A stretch of DNA of 63,872 nt, the filler included, from Intoshia linei (Eukaryota > Animalia > Orthonectida): the NCBI GenBank assembly GCA_001642005.1. It is 8 parts of 8 records of this genome, joined end to end, with 100 filler letters (N's around TTAATTAATTAA, not from the genome) between each part and the next. Parts side by side here need not be neighbours in the genome. Positions count along the whole stretch, not along the records: positions 21,551 to 27,589 come from LWCA01001718.1; positions 27,690 to 29,513 come from LWCA01002489.1; positions 29,614 to 34,009 come from LWCA01001939.1; positions 34,110 to 62,501 come from LWCA01000418.1; 4 more parts are not named here. The stretch is one strand, 5' to 3'. Numbering within the stretch: position 1 is the first letter of the stretch; each line of letters starts with the position of its first letter. The position numbers were made by a program, and so were the translations under genes. The notes under the pieces were generated by a model that saw only the letters and a list, made by a program, of their open reading frames with translations, had not been told where the DNA came from and made no database searches. This document shows, in pieces, positions 22,348 to 35,092 of this stretch.

Positions 22348-25300
22348 CACATAATAATCATTGCAATTTTTATCAATTCTTTGAACAATGTAATAGGTAC
22401 TACGATTAAATTTTAAATGTGAACGTTGTCCAACGGTAAAAAAATTTGTACCTACAAAAAAATATTTTATTAATTTAAAATTACATTTTATTTATAATAA
22501 ACAAATGTAAAATAGTTAAATTAATTAAATATAGTCAATATTAAAATTGTACAAATGTTTATATAAAATGTAATACAAAATTACATTCATTGCACTATTC
22601 GATACATGTATTACAAATTGTAATTTACAATAGTGCAGAAGCCTCGTAGGACCTAGAAATGTTTGAGTAACGGTGAAAAATTGATAAATTTTAGTATTTT
22701 ATGTCAATAAAAATTTATTTACAAACTAACTTGAACGTTATGTACTTTGCACAAACAGTACCTAGCTCTGTCGAGGGCGGATTTTCAAATTTTACGAAAA
22801 AAATAAAATCTTACATAAAAATGCTACTATTCACATTGCCAATTGGTAAGGAAGGGGTAATTTAAATATTTAATTAATTAGATTTAAATTAATTTAATTA
22901 CATTTTAATTTAAAGTGAATTATTCCCACCTAATTTTATTTTATTAAGATTTGTGCAAAGTCGAATAAAAATAAAAAATTATGTTAAATAATAACTTCAC
23001 TATATCACAAATTATTACAATGCCTAAAATTAGATTAAAAATTTTTTGCTTCTTTTTAATTATAATTAATAATTATTAAACAGTGCGTAATAAATGTTTT
23101 TGGGAAAGATAATCTTGCAAAAATGATTTTTTTTAAACTAAGGGGATAGCTCAAAAAATGGTAAGAATAACTGCTTTGATTTAAAAACTATACCAAACTT
23201 TGTTTTATTAAATTAATCCTTTACTTATAAAATTGAATTTCTTTGCGTTACCGTTTAATTAAAAAATAAAAAGTCCTAGAATTTAAAAAAACCCAATTTC
23301 TAATATAGTTTTTCGAGACTGATGTTTTAACGTAAATGAAATATTCAGAAATTTTATCCCTTCAGGGTCAACAAACTAAATGACCCCTTTTTTTAAAAAT
23401 CATAAGCATTATTAAAAATACCAACCTCAAAAAAGTGCATTTTCACGATTAACCCCAGATTACACTTTTTTAAAAAACTGAAGTCATAGAAATTTAAAAA
23501 AAATTAGTAAATATCGAGTGAATTTTTAAATCGTAAATTTAGTCTCACCAACCTATTTAATTAATTCTCTGCATAATCTCTCTATGTGAAGATATGTAAA
23601 ATTAGACTTTTTTTAAATTTTTTACAAATTTCTAAAAAAAATGATTTTTCGAACAAGTTAAAATTATAATTTAACTATTAATTTACAATAATTAAAAAAA
23701 TTATTTTTTATCTAATTGCTATTATTATTATTTTAATTATTAATTAATCATTTCTATAAATTAAGATTTGTAGTAGCGTTAATTAATTTTAGCTAATAAT
23801 ATACCATCATGACATCCTAGTATTTTTCCAGTGTCAACATCAACAAACTTTCCAGGTTTACTATCCAAATACTAAGCAATATAAAAATTAATTAATAATT
23901 AATAGATAAATGTATTACCTGAAGTAAAAATTTTGAAAAGTTTCTTTCGCCAATAAAACACACACCCATACTCTAAAAATTATATACATTAAAATTAAAT
24001 TATTCACTTCCGGTTTTTTTGCAATTTCTTCGAGACCTATATCACAAGCCATAGATTTAACATTCTAAGTAATATTTATATATTTTATAATTGTAAGTAA
24101 AATACATTTTTTGAGATAAAGGCTAAAGGAAAAATTGTTTTTTTTAAAGATTTTTGGTCTATCTGTGATAAAAATAGTGTTTGATCTTTCACAACATCCC
24201 TAGGCAAGAGTAAATCGGCGACTAAAGTAAATACATTGATAAAAAAAATAGAATCCTTTAAGATAAAATTGAATGTCCGTGCAATTGTTTAATTAAAAAA
24301 TTAAAAGTGCTAGAATTAAAAAAATCCAAATGATGGGACGCGTTTTATTATGATTAATGTTGTTGTACATCTCAACCTCAAAGACTTACATCTTCATTGG
24401 TAAAAACCCCAAATTGTCCCATAGTTTTTAATCAAAAGTCCTAAAATTTTATAAAACATATTTTCTGGGATACTTTTTTAAATCATGAGTATTGTCATAT
24501 GGAACCATCAAGTATATAACACTCTAGTTATTTAACAGATTTAACACATGTAGTTTATTAAATTTGAATTGTGTTAATAACATGAAATATTATTAATGTT
24601 ATCAATTCAATTAAATTAAATTAAATTTAATTGGAATAATATTTATCTACTTTAATTACAATATCTAACTATTATTTTATATTAATTAAGTAAATTTATG
24701 TGAATATAAAGTATAGTACAGTATACTAGCTGGATTGTTTTGTATTTCGTACAAACAGCACCTAGCTCCGTCGGACCAACTTTCTTAATTCTACTAAAAA
24801 TACTACTATTCACTCAGAGCCGAATCTATCCAACTCGAGGCCACCCGAAAATGATAGCTCCCTAAAAATTTTTTTCACAGATAATGTCACATAGCCCTTA
24901 ACGTCTCTCTAAGACTCTTGATGTGATAATTTAAATTAAATACATCTAATATTTATGACTATCCAATCCTTAAAGGAAAAATTCACTGATTGGACTGGAC
25001 TGTTTTTACTTTATTTTTAATGTTATACACATTCTATCTAATAAATTAAAAAATGGGATAACAATTGTTTTTAAAATTATATACGCAAAATTTAACACAC
25101 AAAAAATTAAGATGGAATAATTCACTTTAAAGTAAAAAGTAATGTGATATGATGGTTTAACCTGAAACCAATTTGGGAACCACTCCTTTAAATAATTTAT
25201 AATAGTGAATAGTAGAATTTTTAAATTAGATTTTCAACGTGAATTTATTTTTTAAGTATAATAAAAATGTGCCCTCGGCAGAGCTAGGTCCTGTTTGTAC

Positions 25301-26960
25301 GTAGTACATAACAGTCAACCTAGTATTATATAAGTAAGAATAAGAACCATTGATATCGACAAATAATTTTCGGTGTACAATGTATTTGTCATTCTAGATA
25401 GGGATTTAAAATCCTGTAACAAGGTCCATGTCATATTAAAAAAGAAATTAATCAAATTACCTCTCTCATTCTGCATTCTATAATTTGTATTAGGTTTGAT
25501 ACAGGAATTTCCAGCATAATGACCCGTAGCAATAAAATCCACACCCATTTTTTCAATAGCATGATTAAATAAACTTCCAAATTTAATATACCGATTACAA
25601 AGAATATCTGGGTTAGGTGTTAATCCATTTTTGTATCCTTCTACTAATTCTCTAAAATACCAACTAAAATGATATTTATATGCATATTTCCAGATATGGT
25701 TAAAGTAAGGTATATGACAGTATTATTATATTATTATATAATATAGATGGAAGTAAGATTAAAGTTAATAAATCATGATAATAATATATTCTAGAATCAA
25801 ATTAGATTTGGAGATCTAAACCTGCGACAATTTTAATAGGGACCAACGTGATTATAACAATTTGTATTTCCAAATATTAAATATTGATCACATAGAATAG
25901 AATAGGATCATATACAATAGGATAAATGTAATAATGAGATGTAAAAAATTAAAAATAAATCAACAATTTTAGTTAATACTTTACTTCTGTAAATCCGCAC
26001 TTATATAATGGGTGCGATTATGAAGGGGAAAAGCATCATGATATTGTTATATGTTGATATAGAAAATATGGTTAGTTTTAAAAATGATAAAATAGGCGAT
26101 ATTAAAATTGGTGTCAAAACTTCGTCAGAATAGAAAAAAATTTCAGAAGTGAAAACAATGAAAAATAACTGCATAAAAATGAGCAAAGCGTGTGAATTGA
26201 TTGATCAAAATAATAATTTAATTAACGATATCTCTATGTGGATATAGGTAGTAGCGGGTCTAGGTAAGTACAAGGCGCCTCCTGGCGTGATAAATGTGCT
26301 TTAAAATATTTTAATTTGTATAACATTGTTTTCAATTAAAAAAAATTCTAGGACTTATTAATTAAATTAAATTATATTGCTTTTATTGAATTATGCTTGT
26401 TATCATTGTTTATGTTTTATGTATTTTGTTTGAAATTATTCGACCTAGCGTATACAGATAAGAAGATGATTCTATTTAGAATGGATTTCGATTATCAATA
26501 TTTAAACCAAAAATTACCAATAAATCAGGACTAATTTATTTTTGATGAAATTGATGAAACAATAGATAATGTAAACATACATGAACAAGTTGATTCTCCA
26601 AATCAAGATGCTATCAGAGAAAAACGAATTGTGAAATTACCAGAACGGTTTAAGGATTTTATTTTGGATTAATTAATAAAACAATTTATCTCTCTAAAGA
26701 TCCAAGGGAAGTATGTTATATGTGGGTATAGAAAATATAGTTTTAAAAATTGTAAAATATACGATATTACAGATATACATTATAAATTTACCTAAAAACA
26801 GTATTCCAATATTTTTTAACAAAATTAACATGGTGTAATTTGATATTTAAAACATTTGATATTTTTTTGGCATATTGGTAATCTGTTTTTCCATGGCAAC
26901 GTGTACCAATTTCCTCATTAGCATCCCAATTTGTCATATGTACACCGATCACATTAAATC
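22348..26960 (-). CDS. TRMU: Mitochondrial tRNA 2-thiouridylase (partial, both ends not found)
   Basis: Exons encode [75 protein letters not shown] and FFTVGQR. The SGGVDS exon and the C-terminal exons were not located; gaps lie on both sides. Confidence 0.92.
26020..26770 (+). mobile_element. Gypsy-like LTR retrotransposon 3' relic in a TRMU intron
   Basis: Integrase-tail-like [19 protein letters not shown], then a purine tract aagggaag and a TGTTATATG.. LTR-like start at about 26714. A similar purine tract plus TGTTATATG occurs at about 26046. Confidence 0.55.
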
Positions 26961-26980
26961 CTAAAATGTATAGATTATAT

Positions 26981-27589
26981 CAGGGGTGGGGAACGTGTGG
27001 CCTTATTGAAGATCTGGTGGGGCCTTCACATAAAAAATACGTCATATTCATTATTTTTGAATTAATTTACATTTTCAATTTGGTAAATAGAAATTTTAAA
27101 CACTATCACACTTTATTATAATGTCGTATCTTTTATCTCAAATCTCTAACGTGCATTTAGAAAATCAAATTGACTTCTAGTATAGTATCAAATATAAAAG
27201 CTCTTTCTTTGAGAAAAACATGTTAAAAAAACTCATTAAAATATATTTAATTTCTTAATAATTTTTATCGACCATTAAAACTAAACGTATAATCTTTAGT
27301 TTAATATTGAATAAGCCATCCATTATATCATAATTTATGATAGCGGTTACCACGACAAAAGAATCAACTTACTGAGCTGTATTCGATATTGCATCGTGTT
27401 TTATCAAAAGTAAATCCTTATAACTATAACTTATAAGGATTTAGGGTACAACATTTAGTTTGGAAAATTTGATGATTATGATTTTTTATATTATAATTAG
27501 ATAAAATTTTTTCTAATTTATAAAATCGTCAAAAAATAACCTATCAAAATAAAATTCTAACTTTTTTAACCTATAAAAAATACATTAAA
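26981..27589. mobile_element. hAT element left end (related to 32245)
   Basis: caggggtggggaacgtgtggccttattga..., preceded by gattatat. The right end is not seen before the gap. Confidence 0.55.
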
Positions 27590-28058
27590 NNNNNNNNNNN
27601 NNNNNNNNNNNNNNNNNNNNNNNNNNNNNNNNNTTAATTAATTAANNNNNNNNNNNNNNNNNNNNNNNNNNNNNNNNNNNNNNNNNNNNAGTATATAGAA
27701 ATAAACACATTTTATAAAATAATATTTTGTCAGTAAAAAAATTTAATTGTAAGTTTGATGATTTTGGAGTGTCAGTATAAAAATTAAAAATCTACTTTTT
27801 GAAAATTAAATGTAATTATGTCAATCCCTTTAATCTTTTTTATATCTCTCTTGTCTTTATTATTATCCTTGTGAGGTTAATAATTAGGTTAATCTTATGA
27901 AATACTTTATATAATAATATCATCCACTACACACCCAAGTTAAAACTCAAATATTGAGATACCATATTATACCTACAAACCAAATTACAAAAAAATTAGA
28001 AATATTCTATGGTGTTCACACCAAAAAATATTTTTTTATGAGAAAAAATTGTTAATTA

Positions 28059-28273
28059 ATTGTGTCAGTATTTTTCTTTAATTATTTTTTAGTGTTGTAG
28101 ATGGTATATCAGTATTTTAGGTGCCGTTACTGACAAAATAATTTTTTTTACTGCTTTTCCAATTTAAATACTGACAATCAATTATTTATACTGACATTTT
28201 ATAAATTGGCACTTAAAATACTGACAAACCATCTACAATACTGAAAAATCAATAAGAAAAATACTGACACAAT
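28059..28273. repeat. Fold-back inverted repeat with arms of about 65 bp
   Basis: attgtgtcagtatttttctt...tgtagatggt...ttaggtgcc pairs with ggcacttaaaatactgacaaaccatctaca...aagaaaaatactgacacaat. The tactgaca motif is repeated throughout 27725-28270. Confidence 0.65.
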
Positions 28274-30135
28274 AAATGCACGCCATTGGAATAACCCAAA
28301 AAAATAGGGAATTTATTGATGTAAATTTTATAATACATGATTTAATTTCTAAATTATCGACATTTTTATACGTTTTAGCAGGTAAATGTCTACATTTGTG
28401 TTATAAAACAAGTAAAAATCTTGATGTTAATAATTGTATTAAAAATATTATTTATTTTAATGTTAAATTAGATGGTAAATATAATTATGTCGTTTATAAA
28501 CTTGACAAAGATATACAATGTATATTATATATTTTAATAGACCATAAATGTATTATAAGAATGTCATATACGGATTTTCAGACAAAAAATCAGCTTCTTA
28601 TAACATTTTTTCTACTTGATTAATGGATAAATATTTGTTAAAGTAAATATCTCAAATGTGATAAGAGTGGATTACATTTATAAAATTACGTACAAAATAA
28701 TAAAATCTATTCATCTGTTTAGACTCTGATAATCAGACTCGTATAATTTATTCCAATTTTCAATTTTAAAACAATAATTTAGACTGTATGTTTAATTTCC
28801 TATTTTTTATTTCGTTTTAATTTCATTTAATTTTTTTTAGTATATAAACCCGGTAAAATGATTATTTTATATTTTAAGAGTTTTGTTTATAAATAGATAG
28901 TTGTATCTATCTAATTTTTTTGATATATTTCTAACCTTGTGTTATTTATTTCAAAATTTTTAAAAAGCAAAAAGTCGTGGTTATTTTAGAATTGAAACAT
29001 TTCAATCACCACATCTTGATCACAATAAAAAGTTTCATATTTACCATAGGGCTAATTTCATTAGTTTGAATAGCACACAGGTTATTATACATATTGTATA
29101 CATGCATTGATACTATATATATACAAAAAAAGACATTACATTGTATATATTTTTGACATTATTATTTATGATTAATTTTAGAAGAATGTAATCAAGTGGA
29201 TAATTTAATTAAATAATTTATAATTTATTTAACAAAATATTTTCAGAAATTACTCTTAACAACAATATAATTTATTTCAGGAATTTTTATAAATCAACAA
29301 AATTTTCACTCGTTTTACAAATTTTTTTCTTTTACAAAACATATTTCCTGGTAAATTCAGTAACTTAAAATTAGTTTTACAATTATTTTGTAAAGTATAA
29401 GATATATTTTAATAATGACTATATTATAATCTCCTAAACTTAGACGAATCATGTAATTACAATGTTTATTATTTTTTATTTTTAATTAATTAAATAAAAA
29501 AAAGATTTATATTNNNNNNNNNNNNNNNNNNNNNNNNNNNNNNNNNNNNNNNNNNNNTTAATTAATTAANNNNNNNNNNNNNNNNNNNNNNNNNNNNNNN
29601 NNNNNNNNNNNNNATAGCGTTAAATATTTTTGATTGCGAATTAGTTTTTCTATTTTAAAAATACACAAATTTAGTGCTAATTGCCCTTGATTCTTTGATG
29701 GGTGTGACACCATAGTGTGCATGACAATTCGTTTAAAAAATTAATTATTTTGACATTTTAATGAATTATATTAATCAAGGACAGAGGTGATACCAGTGTC
29801 GAACCTACAGTATCATAAGCAGGCCCAATCATTATTTTATTGCAATAATTGCGCATGCAATTATTTTATGACGGTGCCTGACCATAGGTTCGCTCCAGGG
29901 ACCTTATTTTTTCAAATTGAGGATTAAAAAAATAAATATATTCTTCAATGTCATAACTATTTTGTGTTAAATTTAAAATATCATATCAAGAGCCTTAGAG
30001 AGGGTGTTAGGGCTATATAAAACTATGACGTTTGTGAAAAAAAATTAGGGTATATTCTTACATTTTATGTGGTCTCCAGCTGGGTAGGTTCGTCTGGGGG
30101 TGATACAACACCATTTTTGAAATAAATGATTACAC

Positions 30136-30340
30136 CAGTGTTTCAGAATGTTTTTCCACCACAGTAAATTTTCACTTCATTTTGATTGAATGATGTTTAT
30201 GTTCACTAATAATAATAATAAATGATCGATACAATTCTAATTTATTATTATTATTGTTAAAAAAAGGTTATCTTCATGTTAGTTAAAATTTTTCTTGTGG
30301 ACCACCTATAATTTTCTGTGGACCACTTTGAGAACCACTG
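30136..30340. mobile_element. hAT MITE (MER5/Charlie-like ends)
   Basis: cagtgtttc... / ...ggaccactttgagaaccactg, TSD gattacac/ggttacac. Confidence 0.8.
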
Positions 30341-30612
30341 GGTTACACAAAGACATTAATTTTGAATTTTAATGCAAAAAAATAAACTTTTATAATTAAA
30401 GTTTATATTACAGCTGGAAGTTGAACTTAATAATTATAATGGTTGCTACATTACCTAATTAAATTTACAAGCATAATTTAGATGTAACTTTATTTTTAAT
30501 GGAAGACGCGTAAACCTTATTTTATTATTATATACAACAGGATCAACCATTGTTCATACACTATGTAGTATAGTGGTTCAACATTTTTTGCAACCTACCT
30601 TAATATATACCA

Positions 30613-32011
30613 ATGCAAATTAAAATTTTTAAAATAAATATTCTGCGCCTAATATATACATTTAGAAAAACAAAACGATTGTGTGAATTTTGTTGTAAAA
30701 AAAAGCAAAATTATACATGTGCGAAATGTAATAAAATGTATTGCTCTTCATTGTGTTTTCAAAGTAGAGAACATGTACAATGCAACGAAATTTTTTACAA
30801 AGATTGTATGATTGATTCTTTCAATAATTCAAAAGATATGAATATGGACATATTTCTCGACATGATGGAAATGTTCAAGCCAGATACCCAGCCAAAAATA
30901 AACCCAGGTATTTTAAGCTATATAGCGTGTTGTAATTTACTATACTGCTTTTATATTTAAGTAATTTCAGTCTACAATGTAGTCATTATTTATCTTAGAT
31001 AAAAATAAAGAAAAACAAGACATTTCAATTGATTTGAACACCATCGACGATAGAATGGAGAATGTTGATTTGGACAACCCTGGAGCCATTTGGGACGCAT
31101 TAACACCATACGAAAGGAACGAATTTGATACTTTATTAAAAACTAAGAAAGGATTGGGTAAAATTCTTCCCATATGGCAACCCTGGTGGTCAGCTGAAGC
31201 ATTAATTGAAATACCAAACGAAATTTTACCATTTAAGATGAAGACTATTCAAAATGTAACTTTTAAAAAAAACAGTACAGAAAAACAAGACAAGGATAAA
31301 ATATCTAATCAAATTTTGTACAGTATATTATCTTGTGCATTTATATACACTGGTTTAATGAAACTATACAATGGAGATTTAAAATTCATTGATAAATCTG
31401 AATTACTAGACATCTTTGACAAATTAATGCCCAAAAATTCAAAAGGATCACAAATTATTCTCTTCACTTCGGTTAATCATTGGTGTGAAATTGTTTTATC
31501 AATCTACAACACATTCATTAGTCAAGATTTACTCATAAAACAAGAATCAAATTGCATAAAAAATAAAATTTCACAACTCTACGATGTCATTTGTATTCTC
31601 CAATATAAATGTAAATGTGAGTCGTGTAAAACTGTTAAATCTGAAAAGTACAAGTCTGAAACATTTGGAAGTAATGATAATGAAAATAATTTAATTTTTC
31701 ATGGAATACATCATGTTTTATCTGATTTTGAATCAATTTTAAAAATAAAGAATCGTAAGAAACGAAATATCAATGAAAAGGATGCAAAAAATATTTTTTC
31801 AATGAATAAAAAGGTTCAATTTTTTAGAGCATGGGTTCTAGATCAAGAAAAAATTTATATTGAAAATGCTAGCATTCTGAATAGAATCAATTCCAGTCCT
31901 TTTCAACTTTCTTTAGAATCTATTCAATTGTATATTCAAAAATTGGAAAATGAATTGTTTTTGGATAAACAAGTTGTAATTACTAAAAAGAAAATTATTG
32001 AATTGGATTAA
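30613..32011 (+). CDS. ZNHIT2: Zinc finger HIT domain protein 2
   Basis: zf-HIT CEFC...YTCAKCNKMYCSSLCFQSREHVQC, intron at about 30908-30998, then IWDALTPYERNEF...LPIWQPWW. Start codon uncertain. Confidence 0.88.
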
Positions 32012-32056
32012 TTTCAGTCATTTGTATAAACATTTAAAATTTATATAATAAATAAT

Positions 32057-35000
32057 TTAATTTGTAGCTTCTTGGTTTTCTTTTATGCGGTCTTTGTTGT
32101 ATTCTTTTATTATGTTGACGATGAAATTACCTATATCTTTTCGTAATGATAGTGTTGATGAATTATAATATATGAATGCCTAGATTTTCTGATTATTAGT
32201 TATAGTTATTTGTACATGTCTAGACTCTAAATTTGGGTATAATCCAGAGGTGGGAGAGTGAGGCCTTATTGACAATATGGTGCGGCCTTCTCAACAATTT
32301 AAATTATAATTATCATATTAATTTTTGGTAAAATGGTATTTTTCACAAACATATTGGTAAAAGCTGTTTTTTTCTTTAAGGATTGAAAAATTAGGTTTTT
32401 TCTTTTGCATCAGATCGAGGGATTTTTTCTCTAATAGTTGGTAAAATTTTAGTTTTTTCTCATAAGATTTTACTGAATTAAATAAAATATGCTAAAAATT
32501 TATCATTCGCCCATTGGGGTGACTTGTAACTCCATGAGAAACACTGCTGTATTTGATTCAATTATTTGGGACGTTAGTGCGGTAAATGCTTCCCACCTCT
32601 GGTTTAATCTAATCATTATACATGCGTGTAAATAAGTGAAAATTTAAAATGTATATTTTTACCTTAATAAATGTGCCTATAACCATAACTAATACAATCA
32701 AATGTATTGTTGCTGAAACACACATAAATATGCCGATATACTGCAAATAAATGTTTTTCTTGTTCATTAAAGTGGAAGCCATAATGTACCCACTATTTTA
32801 AAATTATATTAACATTGTAAATTAATTTTTTATATAATTTGATATTATATACCTTTCTCCGCTATCTTCAAACCCAATTATACTAATAAGTAGACCATAC
32901 CCAAAGTATATTGAAAATACAAAATATACTATAAAATTGAAGGCTGATTTTTTTCTAAATTAATTGTTATTTACTGATTTAAATTCTTACATGTATGCTT
33001 TGAAGAGTTGTTTGTACCAAAAAAAGTAAAAGAGTGGAACGTAAATTATGAACCATAGTATTGCCAATGATAAAGCTACTTTTGGTGTTTTTTCCGTTAG
33101 AGATCTGGATTCAGTGTAGTAGGCGATGTGTAATATTAAACATATTAGCAAGTTTAATGAGAATACTAAATTTTTAAATTAGACCATACGTTTATAATAC
33201 ATGTATTGTGTTTTTGCAATTAGCTGATTTAGGTAGCAAGCAAGCAATTATGCAGCGGGAAATGGGTACATTTGTTAACTCTAAGGTTTTCAGAATTTTT
33301 TTCAATGTCACTTTGTGAGATTGAAATTTTTTGGTATGTTAATTGGAAATAAATATTAACTGAGATTTTTTTTTTAAATTCTAGGACTTGATTAAAAAAG
33401 ATAATCTGGGTTTTTGATCGTGAAAAGATAAGTATTTGAGGTTGCTTTTTTTGATAATACTCATGATTTTCAAATCTATCTTAGAAGTTATTAGACAAAG
33501 ATGTTTTATAAAATTCATGGATTTTTTTTGATTTTAAAAAAAGATGTAGTTTGTAGTTTTGACTTTGAAGGCCTTAATTTCTGAAACAAAATTTTGCGAT
33601 AAATATCATCCTCGATAAACTCAATCAGAAATTAGTGTCTTTTAAATAGTAGGGTCTTAATTTTTTAATTAAACTGTAACACAGATATTTTTTGTATATA
33701 AGTAAAGGGTTAAATTTTATCATGGAACACCTGAAGAATAACATTAAAATGCATATATGTAGATACATATACTTGCAAAAGCAGCGGCACAAACTCGTAT
33801 AGAGCTTCGATGGTTGTATGGTATTTCATTTATTAATGTAGTCATCGTCAAGTTTTGTTGTACTTTATCGTTTGATACTTCTACAATTACATATAAAAAT
33901 GAATATATATATAAAATAATTTATATAATTAATAAATAAAATTATTAATATTATTAAAATTTGTTTATAATTTTATAAAAATATTAATTATTCAAGTTAA
34001 ATTATTAAANNNNNNNNNNNNNNNNNNNNNNNNNNNNNNNNNNNNNNNNNNNNTTAATTAATTAANNNNNNNNNNNNNNNNNNNNNNNNNNNNNNNNNNN
34101 NNNNNNNNNGTTTACATAATGGTTTTTAAATTTCTAAAAACGATTTACTAGTTTTTGTGCTATTCAGCAAAATCTATAATTCTGTTAAAGGTCCAAGACT
34201 TTTGACCAGCACTGTATATTATGCATGCTTATATAATTATACTAGCTTGGCTGTTTTGTACTACGTACAAACAGCACCTAGCTCTGCCGAGGGCACTCTT
34301 TTATTATACCAAAAAAATAAATTCACGTTGAAAATCTAACTTAAAAATCCACTATTCACTATTATCGCTTTAAAGGAGTGGTTCCCAAGTTTGTTTCAGG
34401 TGGAACCGTCATATCATATTACTTTTTACTTTAAAGTGAATTATTCCATCTTAATTTTTTTTGTTAACATTTGCGTAAAGAATTTTAAAAACAATTTTTA
34501 TTCCATTTTTTTAATTTGTTAGACAGAATGTGTGTATAATATTAAAAATAAAGTNATTACTTTTTACTTTAAAGTGAATTATTCCATCTTAATTTTTTTT
34601 GTTAACATTTGCGTAAAGAATTTTAAAAACAATTATTATCCCATTTTTTTAATTTATTATACAGAATGTGTGTATAATATTAAAAATAAAGTAAAAATAG
34701 TCCAATCCTAAAATTTGACATAAATAGCATAAATTCCAGAAAAAATAATATTATAAAAACCTATTTTATCATTTTCAATGTGATGACATATATTCAGTAC
34801 CAATTTAATAAATACTTAAAAATACCAATTGTGTATCAATAATTAATAGAATTTTTACTTTATAAATATTTCAGTCAAAATTTACTATTATTGCAGAGGA
34901 TTGTAATATAAAAATGATTGATGTTAAAAATGTGTCCATACTTTTGGCCTTTTTTCTTGTTTTATAAAAAAATTGTATTGTCTACTGAAAATTTTCCTAA

Positions 35001-35092
35001 ATGTAAATCAGAATGAATACAGTATGATGATAAATTAAAAAAACAATTGTTATCTTACCTATTTCGGATATCATGTTCTTTTTGAGACTCAT
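32057..35092 (-). CDS. SCAMP: Secretory carrier membrane protein (SCAMP), short NPF-less type
   Basis: Spliced TM core LSLAILWFIIYVPLFYFFWYKQLFKAY|KKSAFNFIVYFVF...IGFEDSGESGYI matches the SCAMP E-peptide region (WYRPLYKAF-SDSSFNF). Ends ...KENQEATN*. Exon 1 (35092-35059) is tentative. Not in the ORF track. Confidence 0.82.
32245..32601. mobile_element. hAT MITE in the last SCAMP intron
   Basis: TIRs cagaggtggga / tcccacctctg, TSD gtataatc/gtttaatc. Confidence 0.85.

Noticed and set aside
23141-23180. ggggatagctcaaaaaatggtaaga, resembling a tRNA 5' half
   Set aside because: No anticodon arm, T-arm or acceptor pairing; more like a decayed hAT end.
28276-28623. 115-aa ORF and similar I/N/K/Y/F-rich ORFs (9232, 26001, 39238, 39835, 40465)
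   Set aside because: Composition typical of chance ORFs in AT-rich DNA, with no motifs or splice support.
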